Part shown: positions 19,726-29,199 of the stretch, piece by piece | Numbering within the stretch: position 1 is the stretch's first letter | Layout of the letters: the number at the start of each line of letters is the position of its first letter | The notes under the pieces: generated by a model | The model's input: the letters and a program-made list of their open reading frames with translations, nothing else | What the model was told of the DNA's origin: nothing | Databases searched by the model: none | Origin: Chlorobiota bacterium | Lineage (GTDB): Bacteria; Bacteroidota; Ignavibacteria; Kapaibacteriales; UBA2268 | Direction of reading: 5' to 3' | Assembly: GCA_034670025.1 (NCBI GenBank) | Contig: JAXMOE010000003.1 | Coordinates: forward strand, 16,708 to 80,707 | DNA: 64,000 nucleotides | Translations under genes and position numbers: made by a program

Positions 19726-20022
19726 TTATCGGGACACAGTAGTGGTAGATGGCGAATAAATTCCGAATGTAATAGCCGAAACCAAACCATTAATAAATGA
19801 TTGTCTAGTGTGAATAGTGTAATTTTTAGCACCAGAAGCCATTTGTCTAGTGTCAGAAACACCAACAGGAACTAATCCATATATAATATAATGATTCCAT
19901 TGTGTGTCAGATATTGTACCTTGGGCACCCTCTCCAATGTGGCTTGTGTGCGAGTAGCACGAAGTAAGTAAGATAGAAGCCACAAATAATGACCCTATGA
20001 TTTGCATAGCTTTAGAAAACAT
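19726..20022 (-). CDS. Bor/Iss-family lipoprotein
   Basis: Lipobox LLTSC; HYIIYGL, SFINGLVSAITFGIYSP. Confidence 0.8.
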   Translation of the reverse strand: MFSKAMQIIGSLFVASILLTSCYSHTSHIGEGAQGTISDTQWNHYIIYGLVPVGVSDTRQMASGAKNYTIHTRQSFINGLVSAITFGIYSPSTTTVSR

Positions 20023-20122
20023 AGTAAACCTATTTGGTTAATTGAAAAAAACTAATTCCTTAAATTATATGTTGACAATATAAATAAGTTGTCCCGAAAG
20101 TGCAAATAAATTCTTATTAGGT

Positions 20123-21097
20123 TTAACTCTCTCTACTAACAATAAAGTCTGCCAAATCTCGGAGTGGTTGTGTTTCTGCTATGTCGGCTATGCTTTCTAA
20201 AGATTTGATTGCTTCCTCAATATAATAATCAGCTTTGGCTTCAGTGTATTCTATCCCCTTGTATTCCAAGGCATAGTCAATGATATATCGGATTTGCTTA
20301 TTACTCAGACCACCTTTTCTTATCATCTTTCTTATCTTTTTGGCTTCTTTAGGAGTGCTGTTCTCAAAAGCATGAATTAGTGGTAGCGTAATTTTTTTCT
20401 CTACAATATCATTACCAACGGGTTTGCCAATCAACGAACTGGTAGAAAGATAGTCGAACAAGTCATCTTTCAGCTGAAATGCCATACCAATATTCTCGCC
20501 AAACTCTTCCATTTTACCAATTACTTCCTTGTTGTTCGTTACGCTGGCAGCACCAATTTTTGTGCAGGTTGCAAGCAAGGCAGCTGTTTTGTCAGATATA
20601 ATGCGGTAGTAAACTTCTTCAGTAATCTTTTTTGTTTTAATTACCTCTATTGCCTGTAGCTCCCCTTCGCTCATCCGTTTAACAGCGTTGCTAGTATAGT
20701 CCAAGAATCCTGTTTCGTTGTTTTCAGTAGCAATTATCAGCCCTTTTGAAAGCAAGTAATCACCCACCAAAACGGCAATTTTGTTATTCCACTTGTGGTT
20801 GATAGATAGCAAACCACGTCTGGTTTCGGCTCTATCAACTACGTCGTCGTGAACTAAGGTAGCAGTGTGGAGCAACTCTACCATAGCTGCACCAACATGA
20901 GTTCTTTGGTTTATTCCACCCAATGCCTTTGCTGTGTGGAACACCAATGTTGGCCTTATTCGCTTACCTTTCTTTTTGGTGAGGTATCTCAAAACTATAT
21001 CAAGAAGAGCAACATCCGTTTTCATTAGCCCTTTGAAATAGCTGTCAAACTCGTCTAACTCATCCTTTATTGGCTTGCTAATTTCTTTTAAGCTCAT
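20123..21097 (-). CDS. ispB: Polyprenyl (octaprenyl-type) diphosphate synthase
   Basis: GKRIRP, LHTATLVHDDVVD, RRG, FQLKDD, GKPVGND. Confidence 0.9.
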   Translation of the reverse strand: MSLKEISKPIKDELDEFDSYFKGLMKTDVALLDIVLRYLTKKKGKRIRPTLVFHTAKALGGINQRTHVGAAMVELLHTATLVHDDVVDRAETRRGLLSINHKWNNKIAVLVGDYLLSKGLIIATENNETGFLDYTSNAVKRMSEGELQAIEVIKTKKITEEVYYRIISDKTAALLATCTKIGAASVTNNKEVIGKMEEFGENIGMAFQLKDDLFDYLSTSSLIGKPVGNDIVEKKITLPLIHAFENSTPKEAKKIRKMIRKGGLSNKQIRYIIDYALEYKGIEYTEAKADYYIEEAIKSLESIADIAETQPLRDLADFIVSRES

Positions 21098-21879
21098 TAT
21101 TGCTCGTTCTCTTCATTTTTATAGTATTTCTTAATCGAAACCGCAGAAATAATTATACTGATTTCGTACAGCAAATAGATAGGCGTTGCTACTATTAGCT
21201 GATTGAACGGGTCTGGACTCGGTGTCAATATTGCCGCAATTATTAATATAACCACAATTGCGTGTCTTCTGTATTTTCTCAAAAACCGTGGAGTCAGCAA
21301 ACCAAATCGTGACAACACGAACGAGACCATTGGCATTTCGAAAAACACTCCTGCCGACAATATCATCAGCATTATGAAGCCCCAATAGTCATTTATATCT
21401 ATCAAATTCTTTATGTTGTCCGTACCAAAGTTTGCCGAAAATTCTAACATAGACGGTATCATAACCATATATGAAAATGTTATTCCTGACAAAAAACAGA
21501 AAGTAGTGAAAAAAGTAATTCTCCTTGCCCACCCTCGCTCAGCAGCATAGAGAGCCGGCTCTACAAACTTCCATATCTGAAACAGTATAAATGGGAATGC
21601 AATAATCACTCCCGATATTAATATCACTTTAAAATAGAGCATCGGCTTACCGAATACCCTAAGGTTCTGTAAATCCAGATTAGCTTCTATCGCTGGTTTC
21701 AATAGTATGCCGTTCATCAATGGCTCTATGAAAATTCCCGCAATTGCCGAACCAATAATCACACTTATTATGATGTACATCAGTCTTTTTCTGAGTTCAT
21801 CTAAGTGATCCATCAGCCCCATGTCTTTGTCGTCTTGGTTCTCTTCTGGCTCTGTCCCTATTTGCTTTTGTTCGCTCAA
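21097..21879 (-). CDS. tatC: Twin-arginine translocase subunit TatC
   Basis: MDHLDELRKRL, QIWKFVEPAL, FEMP, AAILTPSPDPFNQ. Confidence 0.96.
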   Translation of the reverse strand: MSEQKQIGTEPEENQDDKDMGLMDHLDELRKRLMYIIISVIIGSAIAGIFIEPLMNGILLKPAIEANLDLQNLRVFGKPMLYFKVILISGVIIAFPFILFQIWKFVEPALYAAERGWARRITFFTTFCFLSGITFSYMVMIPSMLEFSANFGTDNIKNLIDINDYWGFIMLMILSAGVFFEMPMVSFVLSRFGLLTPRFLRKYRRHAIVVILIIAAILTPSPDPFNQLIVATPIYLLYEISIIISAVSIKKYYKNEENEQ

Positions 21880-22896
21880 TTAACCTCTTTCGCCACTCAA
21901 AAATGCTTCACATTCTTCCACATCGTATTTGCTACCCAAATAAAGTGGGCTACGTTGGTGAATGTCCGTTGGCTGTATGTCCAATATTCTATCTTTGCCG
22001 TTGCTTGCCTTACCGCCAGCTTGTTCTATTAGCATAGCCAATGGATTGCATTCGTAAACTAATCTTAGCTTGCCATTAGGCGATGCAGTGTCTTCGGGGT
22101 ATGCAAATATACCTCCGTAGAGCAAAGTTCTGTGTATATCAGCTACTCCAGAACCGATGTATCTCGCAGAGTATGGGCGTGTGCCATCTTCCGACTTTTC
22201 TTTCAAGTGTTCAATATACTTTTTGAATTCTGGCTTCCACTTATGCGTGTTCCCTTCGTTCACAGAGTAATATTTCCCACGCTCAGGGATAGTGATGCCC
22301 TCGTAAGATAAGATAAACTCACCAACTGTTGGGTCATAAGTGAAGGCATTTACGCCGTTGCCAGTAGTGTAAACAAATACTGTGCTACTGCCGTATAGTG
22401 CATAGCCAGAGGCAACTTGCTTGTAGCCAGGTTGCAACACATCGTCAGCACTGCAATCAGCATCGCTATCAGTTACTCGTTTGTAAAGCCCGAATATAGT
22501 ACCTATGGTTACATTCACATCAATATTTGAAGAGCCGTCCAAGGGGTCGAATACCATAACGTAATCGCCTTTTTCATACTTTTCGGGTATATGTATTAGT
22601 TCTTCGTTCTCTTCGGAGGCCATAACGGCTAGTTTGCCAGTATGGTTGAGTGAGTTGATTATTATCTCGTTTGCTAACACGTCCAATTTCTTTACTTCCT
22701 CGCCGTGCACATTGGTGGTGTTAGTCATACCAATAATGTCGTTTATTCCAGCACGTCGCACTTCCCTTGCTATTAACCGTACGGCAAATGTAATGTCGTG
22801 CATAAATGAAGTAAATTCACCCGAAGCATCGGGGTGCTGGTTTTCTTGCTTTGTAATGAAATTATCGAGTGTGATAAACCGAGATACTTTTATCAT
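21880..22896 (-). CDS. fbp: Class 1 fructose-1,6-bisphosphatase
   Basis: FDPLDGSSNIDVN, SARYIGSGVADIHR, GKLRLVYECNP. Confidence 0.97.
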   Translation of the reverse strand: MIKVSRFITLDNFITKQENQHPDASGEFTSFMHDITFAVRLIAREVRRAGINDIIGMTNTTNVHGEEVKKLDVLANEIIINSLNHTGKLAVMASEENEELIHIPEKYEKGDYVMVFDPLDGSSNIDVNVTIGTIFGLYKRVTDSDADCSADDVLQPGYKQVASGYALYGSSTVFVYTTGNGVNAFTYDPTVGEFILSYEGITIPERGKYYSVNEGNTHKWKPEFKKYIEHLKEKSEDGTRPYSARYIGSGVADIHRTLLYGGIFAYPEDTASPNGKLRLVYECNPLAMLIEQAGGKASNGKDRILDIQPTDIHQRSPLYLGSKYDVEECEAFLSGERG

Positions 22897-23030
22897 TTCT
22901 GTTTTTACGTTTTTATGTATAAATAAACACGAAAGTTAACCTTATTTCATTTCTAAAACAATAGCAAAGTAATTACTCACTTGGCAAAATCAATAGCCGA
23001 AACAGGTTAGCTTACATATAGCCAGTGCTT

Positions 23031-23354
23031 TTATACTTGTTTTTCTAACTCGGACAGGTACTTCTTGTCAGTGTAGAAAGTACCGAATGGTAAAAGTGAC
23101 GCAAGCAACAGAATCAAGTTAGTTCGCAAGCCAGTTCGGAATTGATTTCTTATGACCAAAACACCAAACACGTAAGCCACAAACAGAAAGCCATGTGCCA
23201 TACCAACTATGTAGTTCGGGAGCGGCATATCGGCCCAATATTTCAGAGGCATAGTAACGCCGAAAAGCAGCAGATAGCTTATCCCTTCCAAAATCCCAAT
23301 AGTTCTGAATCTCTTCAGGTTCTTGTGTTTGTGCTCTTGATCCAATAATCCCAT
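23031..23354 (-). CDS. DUF3817 membrane protein
   Basis: EGISYLLL...MPLKY...GMAHGFLFVAY...ASLLPFGTF. Confidence 0.88.
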   Translation of the reverse strand: MGLLDQEHKHKNLKRFRTIGILEGISYLLLFGVTMPLKYWADMPLPNYIVGMAHGFLFVAYVFGVLVIRNQFRTGLRTNLILLLASLLPFGTFYTDKKYLSELEKQV

Positions 23355-23436
23355 TGAAGTACGCTCATAATATTTTATTATATTTGTAGTTATTACGTTG
23401 TTGAGTATTAACTATTGCTGGTAATAATAAAAGAAA

Positions 23437-24333
23437 ATGGCTATTAAACCGATGAATATTCTAATTACTGGTGCTACTGGAAATGTTGGCAGACAGGTAG
23501 TTCGTTACCTAACTGAAATAAATGCCAAAAGAAATTTACAGTATCAGGTCAAAATAGCTGACAGAGATATTGATAGGGCGAAAACGACATTTGCTAATGT
23601 TGACAACCTTAGCTTTAGGCACTTCGATTTTGACGATAGAACCTCATTTAAGGAATCATTTGACGGTATAGACATTATGTTTTTGCTCAGACCACCACAA
23701 ATATCAGAAGTTGACAAATATTTCCGCCCACTTTTTGATGAAGCCAAGAGCAAGGGAATAAGAAAAATTGTCTTCTTATCGGTGCAAGGTGCTGACAAGA
23801 GTAAGGTAATTCCCCACAATAAGATAGAAATATTGATTAAAGAATATGGTTTTGAATATATATTCGTAAGGCCAAGTTATTTTATGCAAAACCTGACTAC
23901 CACTTTGCTCAATGAAATAAAAACCAATAGCACAATTACGCTTCCTTCGAGCAATGCTAAGTTTAATTGGATTGATGTCAATAATATTGGCAGATGTATA
24001 GCAGAGCTAATTGTGTCATTCGATAATTATTCTAACCGAGTGATAACTATAACAGGTGAAGAGAATTTAGACTACTCCGTTGCTGCTTCTTATCTGAGTG
24101 AAGAGTTAGGAAGAGAAATAAAATTTAAGAGCGTAAACCCAATAAAATTTTACTTTTTGAAGAGAAAACAAGGAATAAGCAGCGGATTTGCAATAGTTAT
24201 GACCATACTGCACTTCCTACCTCGTCTGCAAAGCGAACCCAAAATAACTGACAATTATTACCTAATAACAGGTGAAAAACCTACATCACTCAAAGAATTT
24301 ATACCGAGAGAAATAGTTCAGTTTAAACCATAA
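23437..24333 (+). CDS. NmrA-family NAD(P)-binding protein
   Basis: ILITGATGNVG, RPSYFMQNL. Confidence 0.9.
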   Translation: MAIKPMNILITGATGNVGRQVVRYLTEINAKRNLQYQVKIADRDIDRAKTTFANVDNLSFRHFDFDDRTSFKESFDGIDIMFLLRPPQISEVDKYFRPLFDEAKSKGIRKIVFLSVQGADKSKVIPHNKIEILIKEYGFEYIFVRPSYFMQNLTTTLLNEIKTNSTITLPSSNAKFNWIDVNNIGRCIAELIVSFDNYSNRVITITGEENLDYSVAASYLSEELGREIKFKSVNPIKFYFLKRKQGISSGFAIVMTILHFLPRLQSEPKITDNYYLITGEKPTSLKEFIPREIVQFKP

Positions 24334-24371
24334 CCGTAGGCTGTCAAATATAATAAAACCCATAAATTGGT

Positions 24372-24407
24372 AAAAAAAAATCCCACTACTAACAAAAGAA
24401 GCGGGAT
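24372..24407 (-). terminator. Intrinsic terminator after the 236-aa secreted protein gene
   Basis: A-run plus ATCCC...GGGAT hairpin. Confidence 0.55.
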
Positions 24408-24433
24408 ATTACGTAATTAATTTGTAATTTTAC

Positions 24434-25144
24434 TTAGTCTTGTGGCCCGAATGGGAAACCCGATTCATGATTCAATATATAAAAGTAACTACCCGTTTTC
24501 AGAAGTATTATGAATTCACCACCATCAATTACTGGAAAATGGTTTTCATTTACATAAGTCAATTCATCATCACTAAAATTTGCGATATAATAAAGTGTAT
24601 TAGTGGGTAGTCCAGGAAACAAATCATCTTCATCAATTGTTAAATTACCTTCACCCGTGTAAACCATAATGTTTGATGTAAGTATGTCACCCAAATTATC
24701 TGCAGTTGTAAACTCTTCAGAATTTAAACTAAGATTACCATTGTTATAAGTATTCCCTTCTATAGTTACGTCTCCTTTTACTTTCAAACTAGAACTAATA
24801 AGCCCCATACGAGCAGAAAGGTCGATTAAGTAGTCCAATCTGTACTGAGCAACTACTGTTCCATTGTCCATTACGTTTACTACGTGAGAAGTAGTTACCG
24901 AAGCTTCTAAAATATCTTCCCATTCAGAATCACCATCACCTACAGAAAAGATGATTAGACCAGAAGAATTTGGCTCAGTTACTTCTATTTCTGATTCGTA
25001 TATTGCTGGTCCTGACCCCTCTGTTACAGAAACAGATAAGTTTTCACCATTGTCGTAGTTCACAGCCACAACTATTGGGCTAAGCGAGTAAGCCATTGTT
25101 GTAGAGGCAATAGCTAATGCAATTATAATTAAAATGTTTTTCAT
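24434..25144 (-). CDS. Secreted hypothetical protein; N-terminal domain paralogous to the 1530-aa fibre-like protein
   Basis: Signal peptide; SLSPIVVAV/NSSGLIIFSVG/EWEDI/NGTVVAQYRLD aligns with SLEPTRVSV/DDNGVITVNVG/EWDAI/NGALFSQGRVD. Confidence 0.7.
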   Translation of the reverse strand: MKNILIIIALAIASTTMAYSLSPIVVAVNYDNGENLSVSVTEGSGPAIYESEIEVTEPNSSGLIIFSVGDGDSEWEDILEASVTTSHVVNVMDNGTVVAQYRLDYLIDLSARMGLISSSLKVKGDVTIEGNTYNNGNLSLNSEEFTTADNLGDILTSNIMVYTGEGNLTIDEDDLFPGLPTNTLYYIANFSDDELTYVNENHFPVIDGGEFIILLKTGSYFYILNHESGFPFGPQD

Positions 25145-25205
25145 AAGACACCCTATATTTTATTTATTTAAACAATTATCCACAAATTTAAGGAAAAGTA
25201 ATTGA

Positions 25206-26315
25206 CTAAACAACCAAATCTTTCTTCTCATAGCCATATTTTTTTATCCAGTATTCTTTAGCAAACTCTATGGCACCACTATCTAACAGCTTCAAATCTC
25301 GGTCTAATCTGGTGTCTATGTCTTCCAATTCCTCTCTAAATTTGAACTTTGCCTCCAATGGCTTACCGTAATTCAGCTCTGAAACATAGCTAATCAGCGT
25401 GTTTACAGCTTCTTCTACCAACAGCTTATCTGCAAGTACTAACTCTTCCCTTATCTTATAGTGAGTTTCTGCCGCGGCTTTGCTACTGTTGGTCACATCT
25501 GTTGTAAGCGTTTGCGATAGTATTGCTTTCGATATTTCCTTGTTGCTGAGCTTTATCATCTCATTGTACAAACGGACGGAGCTATACCTATGCGGTTCCG
25601 CTATTTCTATATCAATGTCATTCGGTGTAACTATCACGCTGTCTTCTGTCATATTTGCAAGGTGTTCAGCAAGCGAATTTGCTTCATTCTGCGTAGCACC
25701 TCGGGTGTATTTGCCTATTAGTATCGGCATTCCGTAGCGTTCCATAAAGTTCACCCAAAACCGCATTCCTCCATTCTTGAACTTTACTGGCCAATAGCAC
25801 TTAGACAACAATGCTATGCCATAAGGATTCTGATAGCCAGCTCTGTAACGCAAGTCCAAGAACTTATACTTCGGTAACGCCACTCCCTTGGTCTTCCCTG
25901 CTGCGCGGTATTTCAACTCCGATTTGGTATCAATATAGAACAGCTCTTGCGGCTTTGCTATTGTGGCATTGGGCAATATCTGACCTTTCACTTTCTCCCA
26001 ATATATCTCAATCGGCTGAAATCCAAAAAGGATAGAGTCCTGCACTTCGTCTATTAGCTTTTCCATCTTTATTTCATTGAGCAAACTCGCCGCCAGTTGA
26101 TTGTCTTCCCCCACTATATCGTATTGTGTGGATAGCACTCCACTCTTCCGTGATTGCACACAGCTCCACAAGTGTGGATCATAAAGCAATTCCCTATACC
26201 CAGAGTACGTCGTTCCTGTCTTTCTCAATATCATATCGGGATTGGGCACTGCATCCATTATGCTCTGCCAACCGTCATTGCCTATGCTGACTACTTCTTT
26301 ATACAAATCATTCAT
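25206..26315 (-). CDS. Mu gp29-like phage portal protein (DUF935)
   Basis: PNPDMIL...YRELLYDPHL, NPYGIALLSKCYWP, WVNFMERYGMP, EISKAILSQTLTTD, AAETH. Confidence 0.9.
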   Translation of the reverse strand: MNDLYKEVVSIGNDGWQSIMDAVPNPDMILRKTGTTYSGYRELLYDPHLWSCVQSRKSGVLSTQYDIVGEDNQLAASLLNEIKMEKLIDEVQDSILFGFQPIEIYWEKVKGQILPNATIAKPQELFYIDTKSELKYRAAGKTKGVALPKYKFLDLRYRAGYQNPYGIALLSKCYWPVKFKNGGMRFWVNFMERYGMPILIGKYTRGATQNEANSLAEHLANMTEDSVIVTPNDIDIEIAEPHRYSSVRLYNEMIKLSNKEISKAILSQTLTTDVTNSSKAAAETHYKIREELVLADKLLVEEAVNTLISYVSELNYGKPLEAKFKFREELEDIDTRLDRDLKLLDSGAIEFAKEYWIKKYGYEKKDLVV

Positions 26316-26324
26316 TTTTCTCTC

Positions 26325-26726
26325 TCATTTACTTATTATAATTCCTAATAGCAATCCACCTGCAGCTGCAGCTGGTGTGTGCCACCAATCCTCTTTTTTA
26401 CAGGGAATGGCTATCGTCTTTACCTCACTATACACAGTGTCCGTAGCTAAGCGAATTGACATATTCATCTCGTTTTCGGGGTAGCTGTAGCTAACCATTA
26501 TTGTGTCTCGCTTATAAACCGTGTCAACCGTTGCTACAAAAGGGGCTGTCTTTATTATCGTGTCCCTTTTGTAAACTAACTTCGGTCTTACTTTTTCTAT
26601 TACAATCGGCGCTGGTTGTACAGTTATTGTGTCTCGAACTGTTGTTACTCTCACCGATGGATAGTACTCCTTAGTTAATAGCAGTGCCAACAAAGCCGAC
26701 ACCAACGCTGTTATTATATACTTCAT
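26325..26726 (-). CDS. Phage-type membrane protein, possible spanin-like lysis accessory
   Basis: N-terminal TM, repeated RDTI/DTV units, C-terminal hydrophobic WW...GGLLLGIII; sits in the lysis/portal operon. Confidence 0.5.
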   Translation of the reverse strand: MKYIITALVSALLALLLTKEYYPSVRVTTVRDTITVQPAPIVIEKVRPKLVYKRDTIIKTAPFVATVDTVYKRDTIMVSYSYPENEMNMSIRLATDTVYSEVKTIAIPCKKEDWWHTPAAAAGGLLLGIIISK

Positions 26727-26738
26727 TCTGTTCCTCCC

Positions 26739-28040
26739 TTATATCTCAGCATCTAACACATAGTGGCCACCAACGGACGACGTACTTATGCTAAATCCAG
26801 AATCATTAATCACCGTGAATGATTTCGCATTCTCATAGTCAACTGCCATTCCTACATTCACTCCTGTGCTTACCACCCAATAATCATTCACTGGTGGATC
26901 GGCGGATGATATTAGTTCAACCGATGGAGCTTTGTACATATCGCAATAGTGGACAGTGCCGACCACGTTGCCATTACTAATACCATAAGATGAAGCAAAG
27001 CTCACTTTCCCCTCATCCGTTTTCTTGTAAGGTGGCTCTGTTAAGCTATAACTCTTCTTATAAAACTGAAGACATTTGATAACCTCATCAACATAGTAAC
27101 CCTCTTTATAAGTTATATATGAACTGTGTTCTATTATTTGAGCATTGTTAATAGATATATACTCATCAGCACTTAGTCCCTCTATCCATAAGAAAATAGC
27201 TATGTTCTTAGCTCCACTACCAACACTAATGTCCTCCAGTTTCAGAGTCTGAAACTCACTACTCAATGTCACTTCATCGCTGATTGCATAATAGCTCCAA
27301 TCAGCTACCAAGCTCGGATTTGTACCGACTCCATTCCAATTGCTAACCACATCGCGAGTGGGTTCATCAGCATTCCCCTCCCAAGTGAGCAATGCCAATT
27401 TCGCTTTGGCAGTGCTATTGCTTTTAACATCAATAGAGAGAGACAAGCCATTACCCAAATACTGCTCCAAAAAGCGGTGAGGAACTATCTGTATTACTCC
27501 AAGCTTACCACTTGCTGTAGCTGTTAGTTTAGCTCCATCGTCCTCGATAGCAATTGGCTCACTGCTTTCGTTGAGTGCTAACCATCTGTCAGCAAAGAAA
27601 TCGCCATCATCACAGACCATCGACACCCTATCCAAAAGCAAACAAGTACCACTCAGCTCTGTGGTATTCGTCTCATCGCTTCCGGTGTTAGTATAGCTAA
27701 TGTGAGTGGCATCTACCTTAGTAATCTCAACACCACTTGGCTCATCGTAAGTGCCTGCACCCATATTCGTAATCTGTACCTTGTCCCCAGTTTGGTAACC
27801 GTGCGGTACTTCCGTTTCCAATGTCACCAGATTGCTCGTTCTCTCTCTGCTACTAATCTCCACCGGAGTGGCTACTCTTTGCCACACACTAAAGTTTGAA
27901 TTAATCAGCAAGTTCTGCTTCTGTTTTGCAGCTCCTGTTTTCTCATCTATCAAGTCTATCAAATCATCTTGGCGTTCTATATCGCCTTCCAAATTGCCCC
28001 AGACTTGTTCGCCCAGTGGCGGAAAATAACTAAACGGCAT
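26739..28040 (-). CDS. Phage fibre/spike-like protein
   Basis: WGNLEGDIERQDDL N-terminal fibre motif; QNLLINSNFSVWQR and ADRW carbohydrate-binding-type fibre motifs; DEVIKCLQFYKKSY resembling the ELxxCQRYY fibre motif. Confidence 0.65.
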   Translation of the reverse strand: MPFSYFPPLGEQVWGNLEGDIERQDDLIDLIDEKTGAAKQKQNLLINSNFSVWQRVATPVEISSRERTSNLVTLETEVPHGYQTGDKVQITNMGAGTYDEPSGVEITKVDATHISYTNTGSDETNTTELSGTCLLLDRVSMVCDDGDFFADRWLALNESSEPIAIEDDGAKLTATASGKLGVIQIVPHRFLEQYLGNGLSLSIDVKSNSTAKAKLALLTWEGNADEPTRDVVSNWNGVGTNPSLVADWSYYAISDEVTLSSEFQTLKLEDISVGSGAKNIAIFLWIEGLSADEYISINNAQIIEHSSYITYKEGYYVDEVIKCLQFYKKSYSLTEPPYKKTDEGKVSFASSYGISNGNVVGTVHYCDMYKAPSVELISSADPPVNDYWVVSTGVNVGMAVDYENAKSFTVINDSGFSISTSSVGGHYVLDAEI

Positions 28041-28052
28041 AGCTCACCTCCA

Positions 28053-28391
28053 TTATTTATAGTACAAGTGGGCATCTACTCGACCTGATATTATCCCCAC
28101 TGGCACGTATTCTATTCTTAAAAATTTAAACATCTGTCTGATAACTATCAGCTCAGCATCGTCATAATTGTCAGCTGTTTTCAGCTCATATATCTTCTTG
28201 TACCCTGCATTGCTCATATCATTGGAGCCAGTCAGCACCAAAAATCCATTCAGCGGTCCAACTATTCCCTTCCAACTTATTTGCAGCGAATGGGCTTTCT
28301 TGTTTCTACCCTTCATTTCTGGAGCTATATCCACCCATTTGCTACTGTATTCCAGCCCTGCGTTGTGGCTGTTCATTAATCTCAATATCAT
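28053..28391 (-). CDS. Small beta-rich phage-type virion protein
   Basis: SLQISWKG...GFLVLTGSND...FKFLRIEY pattern; translationally coupled in the phage-like operon. Confidence 0.5.
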   Translation of the reverse strand: MILRLMNSHNAGLEYSSKWVDIAPEMKGRNKKAHSLQISWKGIVGPLNGFLVLTGSNDMSNAGYKKIYELKTADNYDDAELIVIRQMFKFLRIEYVPVGIISGRVDAHLYYK

Positions 28392-28972
28392 ATCTTCACC
28401 TTTCTAAATGTAACAACTCCCCTCATCATCAGCAGACCGAGTGGGTGGTTGACAAATCTCGTCTTCACTGCCACCCCTTCGCCGCCTTTCGTTTTTACGT
28501 TGAAGCCAATGGTCTCCACTATTCCCTTCCGCTTCGTTCTCAGCACTCGCTCTATGTGACCAGACCAACTGTTCTTCGATTTCCAAACAATCAGATCGTG
28601 TCTTGCTATATCGCGGCTTACCAATCTGCCATTTCGCTTAGCGTGGTTGTATATACCATTTGCCACCGCCGTCCGTTCTATCGGAATAGCACTTTTGGGC
28701 ATTCCCAACTCTTCCGCTCCTTTGCTAAAGCTCCAATAAACTCCTGCCGCACAGTAAGGATAGCCCTCGCCCAAACCAACGGTAGCTAAGTATTTACCCA
28801 CTTCGCCTCGGTTGTCCTTTTCCTCCATTGTGCCAATTTGCGATAGTGTATAGCGTTCCGAAGTAGTGAGCAACCGCTCATCGCAGTCCAGCTCATACAT
28901 ATCAAAAGAGCAGAGTGCAGCCGCTAAGAGAACTGAACCAGATAAACGCCAAGCACCGTAAAGCCAACGCAT
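28388..28972 (-). CDS. CHAP-domain peptidoglycan hydrolase (endolysin-like)
   Basis: EKDNRGEV..YL, PYCAAGVYW (Cys), DLIVW...SGHIERV (His), ETIGFN. Confidence 0.75.
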   Translation of the reverse strand: MRWLYGAWRLSGSVLLAAALCSFDMYELDCDERLLTTSERYTLSQIGTMEEKDNRGEVGKYLATVGLGEGYPYCAAGVYWSFSKGAEELGMPKSAIPIERTAVANGIYNHAKRNGRLVSRDIARHDLIVWKSKNSWSGHIERVLRTKRKGIVETIGFNVKTKGGEGVAVKTRFVNHPLGLLMMRGVVTFRKVKI

Positions 28973-29199
28973 ATATGCACCCCCAAGAAAATATGTCCCA
29001 AATTTTGTGAAGCCACTCCGTAAGTAAAGTCAATCTGAGTGAAGCAATAGACCGCCAGAGCCGACAGCCCAACAGCCACCACTTCCACCATAATCATTAT
29101 CAGTAGGGTGTGGAGCTCTTCCACCCCTGGGGACAGAACGCCCCACGCCAACAGCATAATCCCTGCGAGCAAAGCGTATCTTGTCATTGGTCTATACAT
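28924..29199 (-). CDS. Holin-like small membrane protein (three predicted TM helices)
   Basis: About 90 aa, three hydrophobic segments, directly upstream of and overlapping the CHAP gene; start chosen at the ATG overlapping the 3' end of gp36 (track start 29229). Confidence 0.55.
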   Translation of the reverse strand: MYRPMTRYALLAGIMLLAWGVLSPGVEELHTLLIMIMVEVVAVGLSALAVYCFTQIDFTYGVASQNLGHIFLGVHICVGFTVLGVYLVQFS

